Shown: one piece after another, positions 38,701 to 48,679 of the stretch | Layout: each line of letters starts with the position of its first letter | Numbering within the stretch: the stretch's first letter is position 1 | Source of the DNA: a virus | IMG/VR virus record: IMGVR_UViG_3300009999_000002 | DNA length: 64,000 nucleotides | Strand: one strand, 5' to 3' | The notes under the pieces: model-generated | Databases searched by the model: none | What the model saw: only the letters and a program-made list of their open reading frames with translations | Told to the model about the DNA's origin: nothing | Position numbers and translations under genes: made by a program

Positions 38701-41700
38701 AATGCTAAGGTAGGAACCTTGTCGAAGACACAGGCAGTTGCCGGAATGGTCGGTGGAGCCGATGGTCGAGTAGGTGGTAAGCCAAGTAAGGCAGGTCAGG
38801 TCGCAGAAGGCGCATCCGACATCATGATGATGGGGATGGGCGGATTTGGTGCCAACTTAGCGTCTCGTGGCGGTATGAAAGGAATCGTAAAAGGCGGAGC
38901 TAAGCTCGTAGGTAAAACAGCCTTCAAGTTTATTCCATTCCTAGGTGAAGCCTTAATGCTCATGGATATCATCGGAATTGACTGGTGGAGTCCATTAGAA
39001 AAAGGTTTCGAGAAGATTCGTGGTAGCGCTCAGCAGACTGGTACCGAAGTTGACAACATGATGAAGAAATTCAAAGGTGGCAACGAGTACATCAACGGTA
39101 CGGTCGACAAAGGAAGAAACGGTATCGAGAATCTCCGCTCTCAGCTCGACAAAGACGGAGCTACTAAAAAAGGTGTCGCAACAGATAAAGGCGGAATGGA
39201 CAGCGATAAGTTCGTCAAGTTCCGTGAGAAGTTCAATTCTCAAGCTGAAGACTTAGGTCTTAAAGTCCGAGTAGACATCAACGATACGGGCGACATCCTT
39301 AACAAGATTAAGCAGTTAGAAACAGCTCTTGATAAGCTGAATGCTAAAGCGATGGTTAAGATTGTTACAAAATCAGATAGCCTTATGAATGGCGACAAGG
39401 GTATTAAGACGACGATAAGTCAGATTGGTAATCTTAAGCGTGAAATCAATCACGTCTCTGAAGCTAGTAAAAACATGAAGAAGATTCGTGATAGTTATCC
39501 TGTCGATTCCAAAGACTATAAGCTCTGGAATGATCGAGTCAAAGCCTCTGAGAAACAACTGAAGCAATTGCGTTCAGAAGTGAATAAGTCTGGAAATACA
39601 TTCGAAGCTCAGAAAAAAGCAATCATCGAGAACGGTACGGCTTTGATGGCTCAAGGAAAAGGCATCGGCAAGGTTAAGATGTCATCTAAAGAGATGGTAA
39701 CAACTCTTCAAACAATGCTTCCGGCATATGAGAAAGTTAAGAAATCTGCAAATACACTAGGTAAGTATCAGAAAAACCTTGGAACTGACTATCAGTTTAG
39801 TAAGAAAGAACTTCGTAGCTTGATCAAGGAATTCCCTGAATACGATACTATGAAGCTGAAAACTCTGAATACAGACAAAAAGGTTCGGAAAGAGGTTCAG
39901 AAAAACGTCGCAGAGCGTAAGAAAGAAAAGAACGCTCAAGCAGAGACTGGTGAAGAAGCACTTAAAGCCACTGCTAAAAAGGTAGATGGCGATAAGGAAG
40001 CCGGAAAATCAGTCAAGAAACTCTCTGGTACTACGAAAACTGCTCAGCAAATCGTTAAAGATGCGACAGACAGCTCTAATGGCTCTACCAAAGAGTCGAT
40101 TACACTTACTGGAGACTTTACTCAAAAGGTAAAAGATATTCCTGCTAAGAAAGATACGAAGATCGGAATCAAGGTTCCGGAGATGAGCCTGTTAGATAAG
40201 GTAAAATCATTCTTCTCGAGCAATAAATCTGTAAATGCCACAGTTAATGTCATTGCAAAAGGATTGAGCAAGGTCAATAAATTCCTTGGTGGTGGATTTG
40301 GATCTTCGGTTGCAATCGGTACTCCATCCACTGGAAACTATGCGCCTCGGGCAATCAGTTCTGCAAGTGTCGCAAGTGGCTCTTCCGCTCCAGTAGTAGG
40401 TATGGGATTAGGTGGAGATGTTGGAGCTGTAGTTGATGCATCCACAGCCTCTAAGAAATCCGCTCCTAAGAAAGATCCGAATGCAGGATCTCGTGTTGAA
40501 TCAGAGGTTTGGAGATACTGGAATACGGAAGATAAGCAGTCAAGGCTCGAAGCGGTCATGCAAAGCCTAGAAAGAGCTATTACTCTTGCTAAGGATAATC
40601 AGGAGAAGTTAATTTCGATTTACGAAAAGCAAATCTCGAATACGAAGCAACAGAAGAGTAATCTTGGAGTTTATCGCAATCAGAAAGACAGCGAAGCAAA
40701 CTCAGTGCTTGGTCAACTGAAGAAGTACGGATTCAGAGTAAATACCAAAGACAATTCAATCTCTAACTTAGGACATGCCAAAGACCTGAAGGGGACATCT
40801 GCTGAGAAAGCAAATGATTTACTTTCAAAATGGCATTCTCTTGTCGGAGAGATTACTTCAATCAATGGTCAGATTCGAGACCTAGATGTTGCGCTCGCTG
40901 ACTTAGCAGATAAAGAGAAACTTGCTCGGATTCAGAAAGAGTTTGATGGTTGGAAGAAAACATTAACCAAGGTTGATGCAACGCTTACTTCTATTAATAA
41001 CTCCACAACGCAACATGACATGCGTATCGGATATGTTGATCCTGCAGACAAAGAACTTGCTATGCATGAGAATGCTACGGCATTAAAAGACACGCAAAGC
41101 AATTTACGTGGTCTTGTCAGCGAGTTCAACAAACTCTCTTCTGTTACGCTTAAGTACAAAGAGAATGGAGAGCAGTTTAAGGATACCCTTGAGAAAATCG
41201 GAACATCCATTAAGGCTCAGGCAGATAATGTCGTGAGATACAAAATGGCTATTCGAGATCTTCAATTCGCCCGTATCGCTGATGACATGAATGAATTCCA
41301 ACAAGCAGTCGATCGTAACGTTAGCAGAAATGATAACAATACCAAGAACCTGCAAGAAGGATTGTTGAGCGGTACCAAGGTGACAGACCTTCGTAGCTAC
41401 AATACGAAGTACATGCAGATTGATAGAGATAATGAGTATAAGTCGCTTGCCAAGCAACGTATTGCTCTCGAAAAAGAAGTAGACGATGCACTGGTTGGAT
41501 TTGCTAAAAAGAATATTGATCGAGTCAAAGGTGTCTCCTATGCTACTCTTACAATCAATGCGAAAATGTACAACGAGATGCTTGTACAGAAGTCGAAATA
41601 CGATGCAGGCAAGAAGAGTTCTACCAAAGCTGATAAGACGAAATACGGAGACCTGATTGATATCAAGGAATTCGATAAGTCGTATGCTGACGTAGCGCTT

Positions 41701-43269
41701 GGTCTTGAGAAGTACTTTGAGGCTGTTCGGAAGAAGCAGGTTGCTCTTCGTGATAAATACAATGCTGACATGAAGAAGGCAAAAACGAAGACAGCGAAGG
41801 ATGCTTTGACTGACAAGTTCATTACTGACGGATTTGGACTCGACATCGAATACTTCAAAGCTCAAATGAAAGCGAACGATAAGGCAATTGCCGAACTCAA
41901 GAATCAATTGAACGACAAGAACCTTACTCCGGAAGAAGCTAAGAAGAGACAGGACTTGATCAATCAGTATGAGCAGGCAAATATTGATGCTCAGAATAAG
42001 ATTAAAGAGACCGTTAAGGCTAGATACGAATTCGAATTCTCGCTGATGGACGACCTGATCAAGAAGGTGGCGGATAAAGAGAGTGAGGTTCAAGTAACAC
42101 TGGATCTTCTAAACGCTCTTGGAACAGGTTCGAACAAAGCTACTGGAGCAGTTTTGACCGCTCTTTATGGATCTGAGAAGAGCAAGAATGACGTCATCAA
42201 GGCAAATGTTAAAAGTCTTCAAGATCAGATGAAGCACCTTGAAGAAGGAAGCTTCGAATGGAATGTTCTCAACGATAAGCTTGCGACTTATAATCAGCAG
42301 TTGAATGACAGTAACCTACAGCTTATCTCTATGAATAAGAATATCTTGGCAAACAAATTTGACGCTTCTGCCGGAGAAATCGAGAAGAAATTATTCAATG
42401 GTAAGTCACTTAGTGCGTGGACAACTCATCAACAGCTTTGGTTATCTGGTCTCAAAAAGGAGCTTGCTCTGGAGAAAATGTATCAGCGAATGGCGGATCT
42501 CGGAACTTCTGTCAACAAGGATAAGCTAGACCTTCTTGATAAGCAGGCTGAAGTCAGTGCATTTGAAATGGACTATCTCAACAAACAGCTAGATATCGTA
42601 GAGCTTCAGCAAAAGTTAGACAATGTCAATAAGCAGAGAACGGCTCAAACACTCCAGAAAAATGCTGACGGAAGTTGGGACTGGGTTTATACAGTCAACC
42701 AAGATGATGTGAGAAAAGCGGAGGACGATTTGAAGCAAGCCAAGATTGACCTTCAAGAAATGGAGAACAAGGCTAAGGAAGACTATGTTAGTCAACTCCA
42801 AAAGATCATGACAGATGCTCAAAATGGTGAGTACGACAATGTTAAAGATTTCAAGACTGCAATTGACAATCTAGGAGAAGCTTTCAAAGGTGTCCTAGAG
42901 AAAAACCCTGACTTAACTCCTAACATCAAGGAGCTTGTCGATGGATTCCAGAAGTATCTGGACGACAATAATAAGGTGGTTGCAGGAACTCCGGTTGCTA
43001 AGGTGATCAAGGACACGGCTAAGACTGTCGGACAAGAGCTTCAAAAAGCTTTCAAGGACATCAGCTCTGAACTTGGAAAAATCTTCGCAGATCAGATTGC
43101 TCTGATTCTACCGAAGACATCGATCACGCCAACGGCACCAGTCGCTACGACAAGTCAATCGATCTCAATCGATAGACTTGAATTCCCGAACGTAACGGAT
43201 GGAAAAGGTGTTCAGGATGCAATCCTCGGATTGCCACAGCTTGCAATGCAAAGAGCAAGATCCAAGTAA
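35728..43269 (+). CDS. Tape measure protein (2513 aa)
   Basis: Very long helical protein with a TP901-type core (NETANNNAI...GGERIGTSLKAI); position in the tail module. Confidence 0.9.
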   Translation: MSNKIGIKVQVEFPSATEIREKLAEKWRSVKDDFTGKINVDVDLNSMRKMKAKIQKSLDEKTFDLKMDTSHAITAINKIDKELLQFDKNVGKTREIKLKFDATSLQKPFEEILKASRKVEEEQDKINHNTNRETGDLQKQLGQYDKITRKYKEIDGKMVNVKVKTDYSDDGIKTSRTIDSKGVTEDVSEDKLGNRLADLKEIEALMKQIHKIDIEQVSAEADYNAMLEKEKQIQQQQLGMLKEQYQVKHGMNAMDDNGTKELARKQQVTKELKEQLAFQKLIAQEDKEIANDVSKIAQLENKRHSIKMKLVNATQEEKEALRSQLTHFYDIQKSIEDTLGTSRKMTAEQEEELGNIRNINKLELERARAKKEQAEADRVASAEQKRLAQEQKEANRQVISDLEAIHRLRLQIAKIESRRDAGGRFSQEDNLKLQLMKQELETQSKMAREDRNLLTSQGLITKETSEQLRMMHQINQAEIQRVQGAQRLVAESDKTNDQYRQWVKAEQNIARLRRDLVFAGMREKEVILEAIGAEQAKSDAIRESLSNAKMLTKERHKEIQAIRETAKEQLQTNSARRIARERDQSFNDTGGLIDPYTVYAEGRQGVEQMLDQMLLLDEAFMRVAKVANASDETLQNFKDTSYDVASELGVTADQYMMAVETWVTAGETFQKSQELAKISQIGSFVGNIEAEDMVKYMSVPLKAYTDEGVKANDIINTMNETANNNAIEMDELGKAYMRSATTVKTAGVSFSELTGLITGAQEATRIGGERIGTSLKAISMNYNLIKSQVTPQQQAKFDFFHDIGMDLDTTTSLTDAIDKLHGKWKELKAEQRTTAVYYLAGKEHGNILNGIISQWETVVKAEKEARQQLGRGVDGSAYIEFSKQTDSLRFKMAKLKSEWMKLMNTLGESDGLMSNLLGGVIKGLQTASDLVQNEAFMNVLKIIGAGIITRAGANMFMRVWDTMSTGGKNAVRTAGELLLAWKNIGREIGEANAKVGTLSKTQAVAGMVGGADGRVGGKPSKAGQVAEGASDIMMMGMGGFGANLASRGGMKGIVKGGAKLVGKTAFKFIPFLGEALMLMDIIGIDWWSPLEKGFEKIRGSAQQTGTEVDNMMKKFKGGNEYINGTVDKGRNGIENLRSQLDKDGATKKGVATDKGGMDSDKFVKFREKFNSQAEDLGLKVRVDINDTGDILNKIKQLETALDKLNAKAMVKIVTKSDSLMNGDKGIKTTISQIGNLKREINHVSEASKNMKKIRDSYPVDSKDYKLWNDRVKASEKQLKQLRSEVNKSGNTFEAQKKAIIENGTALMAQGKGIGKVKMSSKEMVTTLQTMLPAYEKVKKSANTLGKYQKNLGTDYQFSKKELRSLIKEFPEYDTMKLKTLNTDKKVRKEVQKNVAERKKEKNAQAETGEEALKATAKKVDGDKEAGKSVKKLSGTTKTAQQIVKDATDSSNGSTKESITLTGDFTQKVKDIPAKKDTKIGIKVPEMSLLDKVKSFFSSNKSVNATVNVIAKGLSKVNKFLGGGFGSSVAIGTPSTGNYAPRAISSASVASGSSAPVVGMGLGGDVGAVVDASTASKKSAPKKDPNAGSRVESEVWRYWNTEDKQSRLEAVMQSLERAITLAKDNQEKLISIYEKQISNTKQQKSNLGVYRNQKDSEANSVLGQLKKYGFRVNTKDNSISNLGHAKDLKGTSAEKANDLLSKWHSLVGEITSINGQIRDLDVALADLADKEKLARIQKEFDGWKKTLTKVDATLTSINNSTTQHDMRIGYVDPADKELAMHENATALKDTQSNLRGLVSEFNKLSSVTLKYKENGEQFKDTLEKIGTSIKAQADNVVRYKMAIRDLQFARIADDMNEFQQAVDRNVSRNDNNTKNLQEGLLSGTKVTDLRSYNTKYMQIDRDNEYKSLAKQRIALEKEVDDALVGFAKKNIDRVKGVSYATLTINAKMYNEMLVQKSKYDAGKKSSTKADKTKYGDLIDIKEFDKSYADVALGLEKYFEAVRKKQVALRDKYNADMKKAKTKTAKDALTDKFITDGFGLDIEYFKAQMKANDKAIAELKNQLNDKNLTPEEAKKRQDLINQYEQANIDAQNKIKETVKARYEFEFSLMDDLIKKVADKESEVQVTLDLLNALGTGSNKATGAVLTALYGSEKSKNDVIKANVKSLQDQMKHLEEGSFEWNVLNDKLATYNQQLNDSNLQLISMNKNILANKFDASAGEIEKKLFNGKSLSAWTTHQQLWLSGLKKELALEKMYQRMADLGTSVNKDKLDLLDKQAEVSAFEMDYLNKQLDIVELQQKLDNVNKQRTAQTLQKNADGSWDWVYTVNQDDVRKAEDDLKQAKIDLQEMENKAKEDYVSQLQKIMTDAQNGEYDNVKDFKTAIDNLGEAFKGVLEKNPDLTPNIKELVDGFQKYLDDNNKVVAGTPVAKVIKDTAKTVGQELQKAFKDISSELGKIFADQIALILPKTSITPTAPVATTSQSISIDRLEFPNVTDGKGVQDAILGLPQLAMQRARSK

Positions 43270-43344
43270 CAAGGGAAACTAAATGGTTCAGGAGAGGCTT
43301 AATCGCTTCTCCTAGAACTAAAGTATTGCAAATGAGGTGATTAA

Positions 43345-44421
43345 ATGGCAGACATCAAACCGATCTTATCTCCGATAAATCCTTTTGACGCTATGCTTGG
43401 CACGAGTATTTACTACATCTATACCGGAAGTGCGCAGTCCAAAGCGAATAATTTACGAATTACAGACGCTACAACTGGACTTGCCGTTTATGACTTCCTG
43501 TTTGAAGGAGTAGAGAAGGTTCATCACCTTCCACCAAACGTGCTTGTTAATGGTAAGAAATATAAAGCAAAACTAAGAGTCAAGCTGACAGACGGAACGT
43601 ACTCCTCTTATTCGAATGAGGTTCCATTCATCGCTCTCGCAACGCCAGTACTCGACATTGAAAGTATCGACGGTCATGGCTATGTTTATAACTCAGACGT
43701 CACATTCATCGCTCGGTACTCGCAAACTGACGGAGAGTTGGTCAAAAGCTATCGCTTCAGCCTTTACAATGAACACGAGGAGCTGATTAAGAGCCTTCCG
43801 ATTCATTACCCTACAGATGCAGGTATCGTTCTTACAGAGACCATAGAGAAGCTTGAGAAGGGCAAGGGGTACTTTATCGAATGTTCGATTGAAACTCGAA
43901 ATGGAGTAATATGGTCGCAACGAGAACGATTTATTCCTCTCTACTACGTCCCTTCTATCAATGGAGTCATTCAGACGATGAATGATCCGGATGAAGGATT
44001 TGTGCGAGTCGCTACCAATCTAAAGCAGATGGTCGGAACTCAAGTTCGAGCGACTGATCCGAATGACACATTCATCAGTGATAATTACGAGTACATCGAT
44101 AATGACTGGATCGTGGTTCCGTCTGATAATCCGCTCATCTTTAAAGGACTGGGAATGAATAGAGCGTCTGACTTCGTGATGAAGGTCTGGTGCAAGAACA
44201 TTCCGGACAATTCAATGTTCCTCGAACTGAGTCCTAAAGATGAAGTGGGAATCATTATTCAGTTTTGGAAATACGACGATCGCATCGTGGCGGTCAAACA
44301 ATACGGAGATGTCACGTCTAGACATCGGTCAAATGTCATGCAGATTCCTGACAATGCACAATTTATGCTCTATGTAAGAGCCATTGAGCATCGAATAGAC
44401 GTTGATGTTCAAATGATTTAA
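43345..44421 (+). CDS. Baseplate/distal tail protein with FN3-like domains
   Basis: Directly after the tape measure gene; beta-sandwich patterns (LVNGKKYKAKLRV, LEKGKGYFIEC). Confidence 0.55.
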   Translation: MADIKPILSPINPFDAMLGTSIYYIYTGSAQSKANNLRITDATTGLAVYDFLFEGVEKVHHLPPNVLVNGKKYKAKLRVKLTDGTYSSYSNEVPFIALATPVLDIESIDGHGYVYNSDVTFIARYSQTDGELVKSYRFSLYNEHEELIKSLPIHYPTDAGIVLTETIEKLEKGKGYFIECSIETRNGVIWSQRERFIPLYYVPSINGVIQTMNDPDEGFVRVATNLKQMVGTQVRATDPNDTFISDNYEYIDNDWIVVPSDNPLIFKGLGMNRASDFVMKVWCKNIPDNSMFLELSPKDEVGIIIQFWKYDDRIVAVKQYGDVTSRHRSNVMQIPDNAQFMLYVRAIEHRIDVDVQMI

Positions 44422-44433
44422 AGAGGTGAGAAT

Positions 44434-45384
44434 ATGATTATAGGTTATAACTTTTTTGGTTTTGAAGAAGGCTCAATATTTGATACTCCTATTTGTACAG
44501 ATCATCTCGATGAGTTGCGAATGGGAGAAGGGGTCTATGATGAGGTTTATGTAGACTTGGATACATCCGTTCCCAATACGAAGGAAAAGCCGATAACTTG
44601 GCACATTCGTACTATCATGGATGCTAAGTTTACTGGAGACCTTGACGCAGGCGACATTGGTGCCGAAGGATTTAAGGTTACTCACATTCAGCTTTACCGT
44701 GCAATTGACGGTACGGAGAACTGGGAGCCTATCGCAATCTTTGAATATAATCCTGACTACAACGTCTATAACTATGTTGACCGATATGTTCAGAATGGTG
44801 TCACGTATAAATACGCAATTGTTCCGGTAGCTAATGAAGTTCTTGGTGAGAAGTTGTACTCTGATCCAGTTGAATCATCTTATGTGGGGATCTTCCTTAC
44901 AGATAGAAAGAACAACTTGAAGCTAGAGTACGATACATCGATTACTGGCATTGGTTACAACACGGTTTCGTCAACAAATGAGTCACTCAATAGCCAGTAT
45001 CCTATCGTTGTCATGGGGCAAACAAGGTATCGAACAGGAAATCTGACGTCACTCCCATTGTCTGAAAGTACGATCAAGATGTATGGATCTGACATTGATG
45101 TCATGGCTGAAGCGGTTAATAAGGCAAAATGGGTTGATTTAATCACGAATGGAAAAGCCAAAGTACTCCGAATGGACACGGGGAACCATATGCTTGTCGC
45201 TACAACAAACGTCAAAGAGGATTCGAAAGGCGGAGATCAGCTTCGAAGTCTCTCTACGCTCAGCTTTGACTTCATTGAGATTGGCAAGTTGGATTACGAT
45301 TCTCTTGTTGAGAATAATCTTATGTCCACGATCGAAGTAGCTAAGTCTACGTTTGATGACTACGGAGAGGTGATCAGTGCATGA
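44434..45384 (+). CDS. Distal tail (Dit-like) protein
   Basis: Position; YVDRYVQNGVTYKYAIVPV FN3-like segment followed by a Dit-like region. Confidence 0.5.
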   Translation: MIIGYNFFGFEEGSIFDTPICTDHLDELRMGEGVYDEVYVDLDTSVPNTKEKPITWHIRTIMDAKFTGDLDAGDIGAEGFKVTHIQLYRAIDGTENWEPIAIFEYNPDYNVYNYVDRYVQNGVTYKYAIVPVANEVLGEKLYSDPVESSYVGIFLTDRKNNLKLEYDTSITGIGYNTVSSTNESLNSQYPIVVMGQTRYRTGNLTSLPLSESTIKMYGSDIDVMAEAVNKAKWVDLITNGKAKVLRMDTGNHMLVATTNVKEDSKGGDQLRSLSTLSFDFIEIGKLDYDSLVENNLMSTIEVAKSTFDDYGEVISA

Positions 45385-47456
45385 AGAAATATCTAGATGG
45401 CAATGTCGTCATGAGAACAGACTTCTCGTCTGGCAAGTTGGAAGATTATACTAGACTGCATCTTCAAAGACTTAGACAAATGGCAATTAATGTGGAAGTG
45501 CTTGATCAAAATGATAATGTAATCGACATTTTGAACGGAGTAGCAACTGGTGGAAACATCAGCGTGGATCGGAAGAGTTTCATCCGGAGAACAGGGTCAA
45601 TGACCTTCGTTCTCTCGGACAACCTCCTTCCTAAGAGCAAGAGTCTTTTATGGATGACGAACAGAATTCGTATCTATGCAGGAATTGATGACTTACGCTC
45701 AAAAGACTCCACGACAACGCACTTTCTCATTGGCACCTTCCATATCACTGAACCAAGCGTGACGATTAACAAGGATAACCGCACGATCTCCATCGATCTG
45801 CGAGATCGTATGTCACGCTGGGAAGAAAGGGAGTTCGAGAACAAAATCATAATTCCTGTAGACGTTAAGACTTCGGATGCCATGACTCTCTTGATGTCTC
45901 TGATTGGAGAACAAAACATCGGGGAAATTGAAGATTCAGGTAGCTTAACAGTTCCATATGATCTTGAATTTGCTGAAGGCTCAAATATCCTTGATGCCAT
46001 TCAAAAGATTGCAGGTCTTTACATGGACTGGGAATGCTTCTATACGACAGATGGATACTTTACTTTTCGGAAGATGAAGTTCGTGTATGACAAGTCGGTG
46101 GAGCCGGAATTTAAGTTTGACGAATTCTCTCCGCTAGTTATCGCATTTAATGAGAACTTCACATATACTGGAGTCAAGAATCGGATTATCGCCATCGGAG
46201 AGATGGATTCGACTACTGGATTAATCCCTCGTTCTCAAATGGATCTCGATCCTACCGCTCCATTTGGAGCAAATGATATCGGAGTCCGGAAGAAAGTGAT
46301 AGTCGATGCTTCATTAAAGAATAAGGAGCAGTGTCAAGCCAAGGCTAAGTACGAGCTGTTTCAGACAAGTAACCTGCAGGAGACAGGGACGATCACATCG
46401 ATTCCAATTTACTTCCTTGACGCCAACCATGTCGTTGAAGTCTTTAACTATTCGACGAAAGAGACGGAGAAATTCGTTGTCGATGCCATGACGTTTGGTT
46501 TGCAACCAAGTGAATTCGCTCAGATTCAAGTACACAAGCTGTACTATGATGATATTTTAGTGGATACACACGATGCGAAAATTGACCTCATCATTGATAA
46601 AATCAAGAATAAAGGATGGTTCGCTCTTCCGGAACAAAGAATCAAAGACCACTATGGTCTTGTCGGGAACGGTACGAAACTCGTCGTCAACTTTGAGTAC
46701 AATGCGATTGGTGGAACAACTGCCTTCACTACTGGATTCCTTGGAACGACAACTCAAACGATGACGATTGACCTTGTCGACTTGGGTAACTTCACGGATG
46801 ACAATGGAGACAATGGCGGAAACAAGGGAGACTATGCAGATCGAGTCATTGCGCACGAGATGCTACATGCTGTCATGAATAGTTCACTGGGGATGGCTAA
46901 GACATCAACTCTTCCGATTTGGTTCAAAGAGGGAACCGCAGAGTTTCTTCATGGTGCGGACGAACGCTTCAAAATCAGTATAGTAGAGGATGGGAAAATC
47001 AATGATGCCATGCTTCAATTCATCATCAATCGTGCAGTTGGACTATTAAATGAAACGGACAAATGGGTTCCGGACAGCAATGAATATAGCGCTTCATACT
47101 TGATTATGAAGTATCTGGACAAGAAAATCGTAGTAGGAAAAGACATGAAGAGCTTCATGGCTACTGTAAAGGACTCCGGCTCGACAGGTTCACTCGCTGT
47201 TAAAGAGGCAATTGTTGCAAATACGGCATTCACATCCTTCGATAATTTCGTAGCAGATTTCAAAGCAAATGCCATGAACTATGTTAAAACGAAGATGACG
47301 TTAAACCTAACCGGAGACGAATTGGATACGGGTTCAATTGGTGGAATTGACCATCGTGGTACCACGGCTTTAAGTGCCGAGAGTATCTTCGATGAATCAA
47401 AAGCAACTGCCGGAGTAATATCGACAGGGTTCGTGGTCGAATTTGAAAGACTTTGA
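45381..47456 (+). CDS. Baseplate hub (Tal-like) protein fused to a flagellinolysin-like zinc metallopeptidase
   Basis: N-terminal ~390 aa is hub-like (IRRTGSMTF, FYTTDGYFTF, NRIIAIG). C-terminal domain carries DRVIAHEMLHAVM and WFKEGTAEFLHGADER (gluzincin HExxH + E). Confidence 0.8.
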   Translation: MKKYLDGNVVMRTDFSSGKLEDYTRLHLQRLRQMAINVEVLDQNDNVIDILNGVATGGNISVDRKSFIRRTGSMTFVLSDNLLPKSKSLLWMTNRIRIYAGIDDLRSKDSTTTHFLIGTFHITEPSVTINKDNRTISIDLRDRMSRWEEREFENKIIIPVDVKTSDAMTLLMSLIGEQNIGEIEDSGSLTVPYDLEFAEGSNILDAIQKIAGLYMDWECFYTTDGYFTFRKMKFVYDKSVEPEFKFDEFSPLVIAFNENFTYTGVKNRIIAIGEMDSTTGLIPRSQMDLDPTAPFGANDIGVRKKVIVDASLKNKEQCQAKAKYELFQTSNLQETGTITSIPIYFLDANHVVEVFNYSTKETEKFVVDAMTFGLQPSEFAQIQVHKLYYDDILVDTHDAKIDLIIDKIKNKGWFALPEQRIKDHYGLVGNGTKLVVNFEYNAIGGTTAFTTGFLGTTTQTMTIDLVDLGNFTDDNGDNGGNKGDYADRVIAHEMLHAVMNSSLGMAKTSTLPIWFKEGTAEFLHGADERFKISIVEDGKINDAMLQFIINRAVGLLNETDKWVPDSNEYSASYLIMKYLDKKIVVGKDMKSFMATVKDSGSTGSLAVKEAIVANTAFTSFDNFVADFKANAMNYVKTKMTLNLTGDELDTGSIGGIDHRGTTALSAESIFDESKATAGVISTGFVVEFERL

Positions 47457-47469
47457 TTAAACAAAAGTA

Positions 47470-47498
47470 TTGACATTAGGCACCTGAATTGATATTAT
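47470..47498 (+). promoter_or_regulatory. SigA-type promoter overlapping a variant of the 15-bp motif and a hairpin
   Basis: TTGACA-17 bp-TATTAT; inverted repeat GCACCTGA...TCAGGTGC. Confidence 0.7.
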
Positions 47499-47570
47499 TA
47501 TGTCAGGTGCTAAGTGTTTAATAAACATCTATTAAACAAAAGTATTGCAAAAAAGAAAGGAAGGGTTGCT

Positions 47571-48257
47571 TTGAATCGAAGTACATTCCCTCAACAAATT
47601 GACTCCTTTACGGAGTTATACGATCTACCTGCAAATATGGTGGCTCAAGCAAAAAGGTATCAAGAGTTAAAGATGAAGCCAACGCTCACATCGACGGAGC
47701 AAGCGGAGCTGAACAGTTTAACGGCTCAGCTTTCAGACTTTATCATCACTCCTGAGACATTCAACAAATTTGCAGATGCGGTAGTTTCATTAGAAACGTT
47801 CTTTACAGAACAAGTAATGGACTTCATTGAATCGAAGCAAATTGAATGGGCATCGTATGTAAGCAACTTCCGACATCTCGGAAATTACAGCTCGTCAACA
47901 GCCTATGAGTTCCAGAATACGGTCACTTACAATGGTGATCTATATCTCTGCATCAAGGATACGACGGCAGGAACAATCCCAACGAACACAGTGTACTGGC
48001 AAAAGATTTCATCTAAAGGAGACAAGGGCGACGTCGGTCTTGGATTAGCCTACAAAGGTAACTACGACAGTTCGAAAACCTATGCTCTCGGTGACGCAGT
48101 CCGCTACGGAGGACACATTTACTACGCCAATACTTCAGTGCTTGCAGGGGAACTTCCTACAGGTACCAAGTGGACACTATGGGATCAACTCTACTTTAGT
48201 CCAACAGCTCCCACAACGCATAACGCAGGGACTATGTGGATCAAGATTGATTCTTAA
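47571..48257 (+). CDS. Baseplate/upper tail fibre protein with carbohydrate-binding-like repeats
   Basis: TTG 47571 behind AAGGAAGG; STFPQQIDSF N-terminus; YxxGDxVxYxG repeats. Confidence 0.6.
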   Translation: MNRSTFPQQIDSFTELYDLPANMVAQAKRYQELKMKPTLTSTEQAELNSLTAQLSDFIITPETFNKFADAVVSLETFFTEQVMDFIESKQIEWASYVSNFRHLGNYSSSTAYEFQNTVTYNGDLYLCIKDTTAGTIPTNTVYWQKISSKGDKGDVGLGLAYKGNYDSSKTYALGDAVRYGGHIYYANTSVLAGELPTGTKWTLWDQLYFSPTAPTTHNAGTMWIKIDS

Positions 48258-48270
48258 GTTGGTGAGATGA

Positions 48271-48663
48271 GTGGATAATTCATCGGTACAAGAGAGTATT
48301 TTAAAGACAATCGAGATCTTGGTTGATGAAAAGGTTAAGAATGTAGGCTACACCGCTTCCTCGATTGGTAAAGTTGTAGCCGTCAATCTTCCTAGCTGTA
48401 CGGTGAAGATGGTCGACAACGAAGTCAAATGCACTATTCCGGAACATCTCCACGACTGGATTGGACTGGACGACATCGTGATTGTCCAAGATCTGTACAA
48501 TGACATGACGAACAAGGCTGTTGTCGGCAAGGTCGGTTCGGCAAGACCTGCTTCATTCGTCATGTATGACCAAGAAATCGGAAAAGGCGTAAGTGGTGTC
48601 GATGCCACTGAAAATCAAGAGACTGGCGAAGTCAGCCAAGAAGTCATCTTAGAATTAGAGTAG
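48271..48663 (+). CDS. Small OB-fold-like tail/baseplate protein
   Basis: IGKVVAVNLPSCTVK...DDIVIV pattern. Confidence 0.45.
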   Translation: MDNSSVQESILKTIEILVDEKVKNVGYTASSIGKVVAVNLPSCTVKMVDNEVKCTIPEHLHDWIGLDDIVIVQDLYNDMTNKAVVGKVGSARPASFVMYDQEIGKGVSGVDATENQETGEVSQEVILELE

Positions 48664-48679
48664 GAAGGGGTCAATAATC

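Noticed and set aside
41104..42093. 329-aa minus-strand ORF and other antisense ORFs within long genes
   Set aside because: Shadow frames of the tape measure and other codon-biased genes; no RBS or recognisable motifs.
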